From assembly GCA_021513715.1 (NCBI GenBank), contig CP084167.1, forward strand, positions 1,216,001 through 1,280,000: 64,000 nucleotides of DNA. Direction: 5' to 3'. Below, piece after piece: positions 19,341 through 27,167 of the stretch. Positions within the stretch are counted from its first letter, which is position 1; every line of letters starts with the position of its first letter. Made by a program: the position numbers and the translations under genes. The notes under the pieces were generated by a model. The model ran no database searches. It saw nothing but the letters and a program-made list of their open reading frames with translations, and was not told the DNA's origin. Source of the stretch: Candidatus Heimdallarchaeum endolithica. GTDB lineage: Archaea > Asgardarchaeota > Heimdallarchaeia > Heimdallarchaeales > Heimdallarchaeaceae.

Positions 19341-20739
19341 AGACAGAGAACGAGCGCAATTTAGAAGATTCTTTAAAAAGAGATTTGAAGAAGGAGAACA
19401 TATTCTAGAACTATATACAAGAGATTTCGCTAAAGTCCCGAATTTAGTAAAAAAACTAGTTATTGCTAAACCAGAAGCAGTAATATTAGTAGAAACAGTG
19501 GAAGACATAAAAAAAGCATTTGAAATAGCAAATAAAACAAAAATACCTCTTATTCCTCGCGCAGGAGCTACTTCAGGACATGGAGGAACACTAGTTTACA
19601 AAAAAGGAATAATAGTCGATCTAACAAAACTTAACAGAATAATAGATATAGAGCTGATGGATCAATCAGTAACAGTAGAACCTGCAGTAACTTTTCACGA
19701 CCTGGAAAAAGCCCTAACAATGCAAAGTTTAGCTCTTTGCTCCTATCCATCAAGTATTTACTCAGGAACAATAGGAGGGTGGATAGCACAAGGAGGAGAA
19801 GGTATAGGGAGTTTGAAATATGGAAGCATTATTGACCTATTATTAGGATTAGAAGTTGTCTTGCCAGATGGAAGTGTAAAATACTATACTGAGAAAGAAG
19901 ATTTTGAAATGTTTGTAGGAGCACAAGGAACAACAGGAATAATAACCAAGGTTAAACTAAAATTTAGGTTTGACATACCCTTAAAACATATTGCTTTTAC
20001 ATTTGATAATTTCTCAGACATGTTAAAAGGGTTATCAAGATGTAGAGAAGTAGAACCATTTTCAGTTTGGTTCCTAAACAAACATAAAGTAGATTATTTA
20101 AATAAAACACTAGGATATATTTTACCTTCACGTCATCTAGTCATTGTTTCAAAAGAGATAAGCTATGATGAAGAAGAAAAAGAGTTCAGAGAAAAAATAT
20201 ACAAGATAGTACGAGAAGAAAAAGGACAACTAATTTCAGATTATTATATTCAAGGAATATGGAAAGCAAGATTCAAAATCTTTTCAATATTGAAAGAAAT
20301 GGAAAACTATATTCTAGGGGAAGTAAGCATACCATTAGATTACGGGGCAGAGTATATAGAGAGTCTTCCAAAGAAAATAGATAAAAAAATATTGATAGAA
20401 GGAATAATGGTTTCTTTTTCTACAGTATCAATAATCTTGAATTTGGTGCTAAAAACAGACCAATCAAAAATTAAACAATATAAAAAATTCTTGCAAGTCT
20501 ATAAATGGATATTAAAAGCAATAAAAATAGGAGGTTTTCCCTCAGCAACAGGGTTATGGTTCGGAGGATATTACCACACTATTTATGGAAAAGAAAGAGA
20601 AGAGAAATTGTTGAAATTTAAGAAAGAAGTAGATAAAAACAACATTTGCAACCCAGATAAAGTATGGTCCCCTAAAGTAAAACAATTACCCTTAATTTCT
20701 TTGAAAACAGCGATAAAAATTATAGGTGAATTATTTTGA
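19336..20739 (+). CDS. FAD-binding oxidoreductase (GlcD/D-lactate dehydrogenase family), probable ATT start
   Basis: PRAGATS.HGG, TIGGWIA, LKYG, GAQGTTGIIT, NPDK. The frame is open from 19315 and encodes the conserved LYTRD...PEAV segment upstream of the first canonical start (GTG 19498). Confidence 0.88.
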   Translation: MKDRERAQFRRFFKKRFEEGEHILELYTRDFAKVPNLVKKLVIAKPEAVILVETVEDIKKAFEIANKTKIPLIPRAGATSGHGGTLVYKKGIIVDLTKLNRIIDIELMDQSVTVEPAVTFHDLEKALTMQSLALCSYPSSIYSGTIGGWIAQGGEGIGSLKYGSIIDLLLGLEVVLPDGSVKYYTEKEDFEMFVGAQGTTGIITKVKLKFRFDIPLKHIAFTFDNFSDMLKGLSRCREVEPFSVWFLNKHKVDYLNKTLGYILPSRHLVIVSKEISYDEEEKEFREKIYKIVREEKGQLISDYYIQGIWKARFKIFSILKEMENYILGEVSIPLDYGAEYIESLPKKIDKKILIEGIMVSFSTVSIILNLVLKTDQSKIKQYKKFLQVYKWILKAIKIGGFPSATGLWFGGYYHTIYGKEREEKLLKFKKEVDKNNICNPDKVWSPKVKQLPLISLKTAIKIIGELF

Positions 20740-21549
20740 AAATAGAAGAATACTTTTTTCCTGAAGATTTACTGTATGATATAAGTGAACCAGGACACAT
20801 TTGGATAAGGAAAATAGAAGAAAAAAAAATAGAGATAGGAATAGACGATTATGCAGCTAAACGTGCAGGAGAAATAGAGTTTATTAGAACAATGAAAGTA
20901 GGAAAACAAATTACAAAAGGGGGAACAATAGGAACTTACGAAACAGGAAAATGGATAGGACAAATAAAAAGTCCCGTATCAGGAACATTAGTAGAAAAAA
21001 ATGAACTACTAAAAAATCAACCAGAATTGGTGAATAAAGCGCCCTATAGCGCATGAGATACTTTTTTACGTAATAAACTAAATTTTTAGTTTGTGGAGTT
21101 ATCAGACCAATAACAACCTGAAACACATTTGCAAAAATAAAGAATACATACACGATATTAGGGAGTGTCACAACTTTTCAGCTATCTTTATATATTTAAT
21201 TCTCATTTATCTAATGTCTTGAGCTATATGCTTAAAGACGTAGGTTTCACTCCTACGACACCCGGTCTTCCCTGTGGGAGTTATGAGTGCCCGGGATAAG
21301 GAGATGAACCCCTTAGAGAACTTAATTAAGACTGTGTCTTTCATGTTCTCTTAAGCCAGTCTTCACAACTTTCGCTAAGTTTGTTGATTGGTTGGGGAGA
21401 GTCCTGAAGAAATTAAGTAAAATTTCAACTCATGGATAGTGAGAATAGAAGGAATAAAAATAGAAGAAGAACTAAAAGAAAATGAATTAATAGTAGAAGC
21501 AGGAGAAAAATTGAAAGAACACATATTATTTAGAATCTCAAAAGAATAA
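20736..21549 (+). pseudogene. gcvH: Glycine cleavage H-like lipoyl carrier protein interrupted by a 379-bp insertion
   Basis: HIW, IGIDDYA, lipoyl-Lys motif YETGKW, SPVSG.V.N. Removing 379 bp restores ...NKAPYSAWIVRIEG...ISKE* (144 aa). Confidence 0.85.
21052..21434. mobile_element. Non-autonomous 379-bp insertion element with structured non-coding core, flanked by CATG direct repeats
   Basis: CATG at 21052-21055 and 21431-21434; excision restores gcvH; no transposase ORF; several GC-rich hairpins at 21239-21410. Confidence 0.85.
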
Positions 21550-21581
21550 AGAAGAAAAAGCAAATTCCAGGAAAAGAAAAT

Positions 21582-22403
21582 TTAAAGTAAAATTCCTAAA
21601 AGGAAAAAAAGAATAATTATTAAACCCAGAACTAAACAAACAAAAGCAAAACTGTATTTTTTAGCAACTTTAAGAAGTAATTCAATGGTTAAGAAACCGA
21701 CTATAGCTGTAACCAAAATAGCTAAACTTATCTCCCACCATTTGAAGAGAAGAACAGGTTCGTGAGTGATAAGTGACCAAGTTAAGTTGAGTGTAAAACC
21801 TCCAAGAACAGCAGGGATGCTCATAATAAAACTGCCTTTCAAAGCTTCTTCTTTATCCACTCCTAGAAAAAGTAATCCACCAACAGTGGTACCAGAACGA
21901 CTGATACCAGGAATAATAGTAAAACCCTGCAATAAACCAACAACAAGCATACGTTTCTTACTCAGTTCAGCGATAGGAACACCTTCTTTTTCAACCTTAC
22001 GAGAAAAATAAAGAACAAAAGCGGTAACTAAAAGAGCAATACCAACAATTAAGGTAATATACTCGCCAAAAACAGAACTCTCACCTAAATAAGATAGAAG
22101 AAGATAACAAGGAATACCAGTAATAGCTGTTCCAAAAGTAGTTAGTAAAATAAACCAACGCCATTGAACAACTTCAGGAGAACGATCGCGAAAATCAATA
22201 AAAAAGAAGAGCTCCTTATAGTATTTTAAAACAACAGCAATAAGAGTGCCTAAATGAAGCCACAAAGAAAGAGAAATAGCTTCTTGTGAACCAACATGCA
22301 AAAAAGAAACAAGTAAAGTAACAGATTGTCCTTCAGAACTGACTGGTAACCACTCCAATAAACCTTGTAGGACAGCAAAAAGAAGTAAAAACCAGAAGAG
22401 CAT
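21582..22403 (-). CDS. uppP: Undecaprenyl-diphosphate phosphatase (BacA/UppP)
   Basis: QGLLEWLPVSSEGQ, HLGT, PGISRSGTT, SFIMSIPA. Confidence 0.92.
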   Translation of the reverse strand: MLFWFLLLFAVLQGLLEWLPVSSEGQSVTLLVSFLHVGSQEAISLSLWLHLGTLIAVVLKYYKELFFFIDFRDRSPEVVQWRWFILLTTFGTAITGIPCYLLLSYLGESSVFGEYITLIVGIALLVTAFVLYFSRKVEKEGVPIAELSKKRMLVVGLLQGFTIIPGISRSGTTVGGLLFLGVDKEEALKGSFIMSIPAVLGGFTLNLTWSLITHEPVLLFKWWEISLAILVTAIVGFLTIELLLKVAKKYSFAFVCLVLGLIIILFFLLGILL

Positions 22404-22708
22404 GAGGTAAAAAAAAGAGAGAGGATAAAAATATATCTATTAAATAAGAAAAGAAGAACGAAACAATTACCAAAATAGAAAAATGAAAAATGAATAAGCA
22501 AAAGGGAATGATAAATAAAAACAAAACAAACTGTGAAAAGAAAAAGAATAAATAAAAAAAAGCAGAAAGAAGTGAAGATAGAAGATCATTAGAATTTTAA
22601 AGCAAGGAGAATACAAAAATTAATATTAAATCTCTTTTTGCCGATATATTTATTTATTTAATACTTGAACAAAAAACTAACAAAATAACTTAAACAATGT
22701 GAAATTAT

Positions 22709-25000
22709 ATGGGGTTAATAGAAACAAGGATAAACTCAAACATTTTTTCTAAAAAACATGGTGTTAGAAAAAAAATGGCTTATACTCACTTGATAGTAGC
22801 TATTTTGCTTGTACTAGTAATCAGTAATACTACATTAGGACAAAGTACAGATAGTAATAACATGCAACCTTACTCAAATAAGCCTAAAAATGCATTAGAA
22901 AGCAATGTTCTTTGGACTTATAGCACTGGAGGAAATATTCGTTCTTCTTCTGCTATAGGGGACATTGATGGAGATGGAAAAATAGAAGTTCTTGTGGGAA
23001 GTTTCGATAAAAATCTTTATGCTATTAACGGAGAAGATGGAACTGTTCTATGGAAATATGAAACAGGAGGAAAAATCTACTCTTCTCCAGCTTTAGGAGA
23101 CATTGACGGGGATGGAAAAATAGAAGTTCTTCTGGGAAGTTACGATAAAAATCTTTATGCTATTAACGGAGAAGATGGAACTGTTCTATGGAAATATGAA
23201 ACAGGAGGAAAAATCTACTCTTCTCCAGCTTTAGGAGACATTGACGGGGATGGAAAAATAGAAGTTCTTGTGGGAAGTTTCGATAAAAATCTTTATGCTA
23301 TTAACGGAGAAGATGGAACTGTTCTATGGAAATGTGAAACAGGAGGAAAAATCTACTCTTCTCCAGCTTTAGGAGACATTGACGGGGATGGAAAAATAGA
23401 AGTTCTTGTGGGAAGTTACTACCACAATTTTTATGCTATTAACGGAGAAGATGGAACTGTTCTATGGAAATATGAAAGAAAAAACGAAATTTTCAATTCT
23501 CCAGCTTTGGCAGATATAGATGGAGATGGAAAAAAAGAAATAGTGATGAGTATTGGAAATATATTTTATGCCCTTAACGGAGAAGATGGAACTGTTCTAT
23601 GGGAATTTAAAATGATTCTGAATTTTTACTCTTCTCCAGCTTTTGGGGACATAAATGGGGATGGAAAAATAGAAGTAATTATTGGAAACTCGAATACTGT
23701 AGTTTATGCGCTCAATGGAGAGGATGGAACAATTCTGTGGATGTATAAAACAAAAGGAAATGTTCAATCTTCTCCAGCTTTAGCAGACATGGATGGAGAT
23801 GGAAAAATAGAAGTGATTATAGGAAGTATTGACAAAAGAATTCATGTTATAAATGGAGAGGATGGAACAGGACTATGGACATATAAGACAGAAGGAAAAA
23901 TCTACTCTTCTCCAGCTTTAGGAGACATGGATGGAGATGGAAAAATAGAAGTGATTATAGGAAGTTACGATAACAACCTCTACACTTTTGACTTTGATAA
24001 TGCAAGTGCGTATGTTTATTGGCAAGGAATGGGAGGAACAAGCAATTTTGATAGAACGGCCAATCTAGGTTATATAGATGAAGACCATGATGGATTAACG
24101 GATGAGGAAGAAAAAGAAGTAACAGGAACAAATAAAACAAAAGCAGATACGGATGAGGATGGATTGCCAGATGGATGGGAAGTAAGATATGGACTAAATG
24201 CAACAGGAGAAGATAACGCGAATGAAGACATAGATGAGGACGGACTGACGAATATTGAAGAATATGAATATAATACAAATCCGATAAAAGTAGACACAGA
24301 TGAAGATGGACTGAACGACTATGAAGAAATAAATACATATGAAACAGACCCGATAAAAGTAGACACAGATGAAGATGGACTGAACGACTATGAAGAAATA
24401 AATACATATGAAACAGACCCAAATAAAAAGGACACAGATGGAGATAGATATAATGATTATAAAGAAATAGAAGCAGGAACAGACCCAAAGAATAAAGAAG
24501 ATAAACCAAAGACAAGAATATACTGGGGAGGAGCAATACTATTAGTAGCTGTAGCATTGATAGTGATAAAAAACAGAAAGAAATTAAGAAAGAAAGTGAA
24601 AAAATACGTAGAAAAAATAGAAGCACCGAATTTAAAAGAAGCAATAAAAACAAGAAAAACAGGATTCAAAAATTATAAAGAATATGAAGAAGCAAAGAAA
24701 AAAGGATACAAAAACTATACAGAATGGCAAAAATTCCAAAAAAGACAAGAAATACTAAAAGATCTAATAAGCAGAACAAAAAGAATAGCAATAAAAGATT
24801 TCATGACACTACTAAATTTCAAAAATAGGGAAGAACTGTATAAGTGGATACTAACGCTACCAGAAGGAATAGCAGTAATAGATGGAGAATACGTAGTGTT
24901 CGCAGCAGAAAGCGAGACGAAAGAAGAAATAGATGAAGCGATAAACACATTACTAGATCAGTTTTCAGAACTAGAGCGCTCAAAACAAGGTAAAATATAA
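22709..25000 (+). CDS. Surface protein: 8 FG-GAP-like beta-propeller repeats, Ca-binding DxDxDG (TSP3-like) repeats, TM helix and cytoplasmic tail
   Basis: Eight roughly 46-aa SSPALGDIDGDGKIEV repeats, DTDEDGLND repeats, TM YWGGAILLVAVALIVI. Likely start ATG at about 22775. Confidence 0.88.
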   Translation: MGLIETRINSNIFSKKHGVRKKMAYTHLIVAILLVLVISNTTLGQSTDSNNMQPYSNKPKNALESNVLWTYSTGGNIRSSSAIGDIDGDGKIEVLVGSFDKNLYAINGEDGTVLWKYETGGKIYSSPALGDIDGDGKIEVLLGSYDKNLYAINGEDGTVLWKYETGGKIYSSPALGDIDGDGKIEVLVGSFDKNLYAINGEDGTVLWKCETGGKIYSSPALGDIDGDGKIEVLVGSYYHNFYAINGEDGTVLWKYERKNEIFNSPALADIDGDGKKEIVMSIGNIFYALNGEDGTVLWEFKMILNFYSSPAFGDINGDGKIEVIIGNSNTVVYALNGEDGTILWMYKTKGNVQSSPALADMDGDGKIEVIIGSIDKRIHVINGEDGTGLWTYKTEGKIYSSPALGDMDGDGKIEVIIGSYDNNLYTFDFDNASAYVYWQGMGGTSNFDRTANLGYIDEDHDGLTDEEEKEVTGTNKTKADTDEDGLPDGWEVRYGLNATGEDNANEDIDEDGLTNIEEYEYNTNPIKVDTDEDGLNDYEEINTYETDPIKVDTDEDGLNDYEEINTYETDPNKKDTDGDRYNDYKEIEAGTDPKNKEDKPKTRIYWGGAILLVAVALIVIKNRKKLRKKVKKYVEKIEAPNLKEAIKTRKTGFKNYKEYEEAKKKGYKNYTEWQKFQKRQEILKDLISRTKRIAIKDFMTLLNFKNREELYKWILTLPEGIAVIDGEYVVFAAESETKEEIDEAINTLLDQFSELERSKQGKI
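22990..23470 (+). repeat. Near-identical 138-bp intragenic tandem repeats (propeller blades)
   Basis: TCTTCTCCAGCTTTAGGAGACATTGACGGGGATGG recurs at 23081, 23219 and 23357. Confidence 0.9.
24281..24420 (+). repeat. Perfect 69-bp intragenic tandem repeat (PIKVDTDEDGLNDYEEINTYETD x2)
   Basis: Units start at 24281 and 24350. Confidence 0.9.
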
Positions 25001-25041
25001 TCCCCTTCCTTTATTTTTTTTAAAAAAAAATAATTAAGAAA

Positions 25042-25174
25042 ACAGATTAGCCTTCAGAACTGACCAGTAACCAATCCAATAAACCTTGAAGGACAGCAAA
25101 AAGAAGTAAAAACCAGAAGAGCATGAGGAAAAAAAAGAGAGAAAATAAAAAGATATCGACTAAATAAGAAAAGA
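25042..25174 (-). pseudogene. Diverged duplicate of the uppP 5' end and upstream region
   Basis: Aligns with 22321-22454 (CCTTCAGAACTGAC...GGACAGCAAAAAGAAGTAAAAACCAGAAGAGCATGAGG...TAAATAAGAAAAGA). Confidence 0.85.
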
Positions 25175-25269
25175 GGTAAGAAGTAAATAGACAAATATAA
25201 AAAACAAACAAAGCAAACATTTAGTAAAAAAAAAGAAAAAGTCTAAAATGAAATAAAAAAAGAGAGGGG

Positions 25270-26175
25270 TTAAAAAACAAAGCTAGGGAGGAGAGAAATA
25301 ATAAATAAAAGAGTAAATATCATGTGCAACTGTGCAGTGTGAACATCGATAATAGGAAAAATCTTTTCATTTTCAGTTTTAAGAGCAATGATGTTCTTTA
25401 ACGCAAGTGGAAAAGTCAAAAAAGTCAAAAGAGACCAATAATCAACTATGCCCAACAACAAATAAACAAAAACAAGAATAAAAGGTAAGACAACTAAGAA
25501 AACATACTCAAAGAAAGCAAAGCGTTTACCAAATAAAATAGAGAGAGATTTCATACCAAAACCAGCATCGATTTCAAGATCACGGTAGTTATTGCCCTGT
25601 AGAACAGCCAAAATAAGCAAAGCTTGAGGAAGAGATAAGAAGAGAGATAACCAAGAAAAGAAACCTGATTGAACAATAAAAGTACCAAGAGTTATGCCAA
25701 TACCAAAAGTAAAAAATATAGCAAACTCACCAAGACCACGATATTTTAACTCAAAAGGAGCTAAACCATAGAAAAAAGCAAGAATAAAACCTAACAAACC
25801 TAAAAATAAAACCAAAAAAATACTGGTAAGATAGAAAATATACAAACCAACAAAAATACCAAATAAAAATGAAAAAAAGCCAACACAAAAAACATGTTTT
25901 GGAGTAAGTAAACCCCTAACAAGAATCCTACCTTGAGTGTGAATATTAGAAACATCAATGCCTTTCTTGAAATCAAAATATTCGGAAACAAGATTAGCAC
26001 CTAAATGTAAAAGAAAAATACCAAGGAAAGTTAAAAAAGCAAGAAACCAATTAATGTAACCAATTTCGTACCAGGAAATAAGAAGACCAAGTGTAACAGT
26101 AAATAAACTAAGAGTAAAAGAAAAAGGACGAAAAACAATAAACCATAATTTAAAGCGGGAAAGAAAAGTTAAAAT
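25270..26175 (-). CDS. menA: UbiA-family prenyltransferase (MenA/UBIAD1-like), probable ATT start
   Basis: Frame open from ATT at 26175 (301 aa): RPFSFTLS, HLGANLVSEYFDFKKGID, LKYRGLGE, NNYRDLEID. No ATG/GTG/TTG until 25845. Confidence 0.85.
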   Translation of the reverse strand: MLTFLSRFKLWFIVFRPFSFTLSLFTVTLGLLISWYEIGYINWFLAFLTFLGIFLLHLGANLVSEYFDFKKGIDVSNIHTQGRILVRGLLTPKHVFCVGFFSFLFGIFVGLYIFYLTSIFLVLFLGLLGFILAFFYGLAPFELKYRGLGEFAIFFTFGIGITLGTFIVQSGFFSWLSLFLSLPQALLILAVLQGNNYRDLEIDAGFGMKSLSILFGKRFAFFEYVFLVVLPFILVFVYLLLGIVDYWSLLTFLTFPLALKNIIALKTENEKIFPIIDVHTAQLHMIFTLLFIISLLPSFVF

Positions 26176-26558
26176 CTAAAATCACAACCAAAAAAAAACA
26201 TTTGACCGATTAAAAAAAGATTGTTGTTAAAATAAAAAAAGGAAATGATATAGGAAAAAAAAGAGTAGAAAAGAAGGAAAATTAAAAGGAAATAATAAAT
26301 AAATACAAAACAAACTGTGAAAAGAAAAAGAGCAAAAAGGAAAACAAACCAATGAAACGATAGAAATACATAAGAATTTTAGCCCAGGAAGCTTCAGGAA
26401 AAATCTTTTCTACGCATTAAGAGATTAAAATCAATTTTAATCCTACCAAATCGATGAGAAATAATAGGATATAAGAATTCTACAAAAATATAAGTAAAAA
26501 GGATAAGAATAGAAAAACCTAGACAAAGCAAATAGATTAAACCCTTAAGAAAACAGAT

Positions 26559-26633
26559 TGGTAGTCCCCAGGAGATTTGAACTCCTGCCCCCGGATCCAG
26601 AGTCCGGGATCCTTGCCACTAGACTAGGGGACT
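26559..26633 (-). tRNA. tRNA-Gln (anticodon CTG), encoded CCA
   Basis: Cloverleaf: acceptor AGTCCCC/GGGGACT, anticodon arm CCGGA-CT-CTG-GA-TCCGG, T arm AGGAG-TTCAAAT-CTCCT, ACCA end. Confidence 0.97.
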
Positions 26634-26668
26634 CTAAATTACAAGCGGTAACAAAGGATTGGAAAAGA

Positions 26669-26743
26669 TGGTAGTCCCCAGGAGATTTGAACTCCTGCCA
26701 CCGGATTCAAAGTCCGGAATCCTTGCCGCTAGACTAGGGGACT
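26669..26743 (-). tRNA. tRNA-Gln (anticodon TTG), encoded CCA
   Basis: Near-identical cloverleaf with anticodon arm CCGGA-CT-TTG-AA-TCCGG. Confidence 0.97.
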
Positions 26744-27029
26744 TTTTATCTTAACTATTAGTCTTCTGTCGATTCTTTTTTTTAATTGTGTTTTAAACTT
26801 TTCTTTATCTACTATGCTTTATAAACTATTAAATTTTTTTCAATTTTTTCTTCAATATCTGACAGAAATTTTCCTCTGAATTAGTTTTACTGGTTTAACA
26901 ATATTATTTTTTTCCTGCTAGATTCTTCCTCTTATATTTTGAAAGCTTTTTTCCATCAATATTGATTCCTATCAACATTTCTGATGCTATTCCTATCCTC
27001 TGTTTTATAAACAATTTTTTTCTCGAGAG

Positions 27030-27167
27030 TCATTTATAAATAAAAAATGTCATAAAGTTTATAAAAAGAATGAATCTCTTTATAAATGATCTGACAACTT
27101 TGACAGATTCAAAAAAAGAGAAAATAAAAAAGGCTCTAAGAGCAAAAAAATAAAGAAATAGGTATGT
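27030..27167 (+). promoter_or_regulatory. CRISPR leader
   Basis: AT-rich non-coding stretch with several TTTATAAA TATA-like boxes before the first repeat; the degenerate repeat is at the far end of the array. Confidence 0.65.

Noticed and set aside
21054-21056. TGA in gcvH as selenocysteine or readthrough
   Set aside because: The TGA is created by the insertion junction (TGG becomes TGA).
21052-21434. Insertion as a group I/II or bulge-helix-bulge intron
   Set aside because: No terminal G, GUGYG start or domain V was found, and no clear BHB geometry. Not fully excluded without RT-PCR.
20911-21563. Minus-strand ORFs 20911-21171 and 21375-21563 as a possible transposase of the insertion
   Set aside because: They cross the element boundaries and have no transposase motifs.
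22990-23470. Diversity-generating retroelement TR/VR pair
   Set aside because: The repeats are in-frame tandem blades, and there is no reverse transcriptase in the window.
23955-24948. Antisense ORFs over the surface-protein gene, including the 232-aa Leu-rich one
   Set aside because: Artefacts of the A-rich + strand, which yields few antisense stops; no motifs.
25270-26175. menA as a truncated pseudogene (191-aa track ORF)
   Set aside because: The frame is open for 301 codons with both aspartate-rich motifs; only a canonical start is missing.
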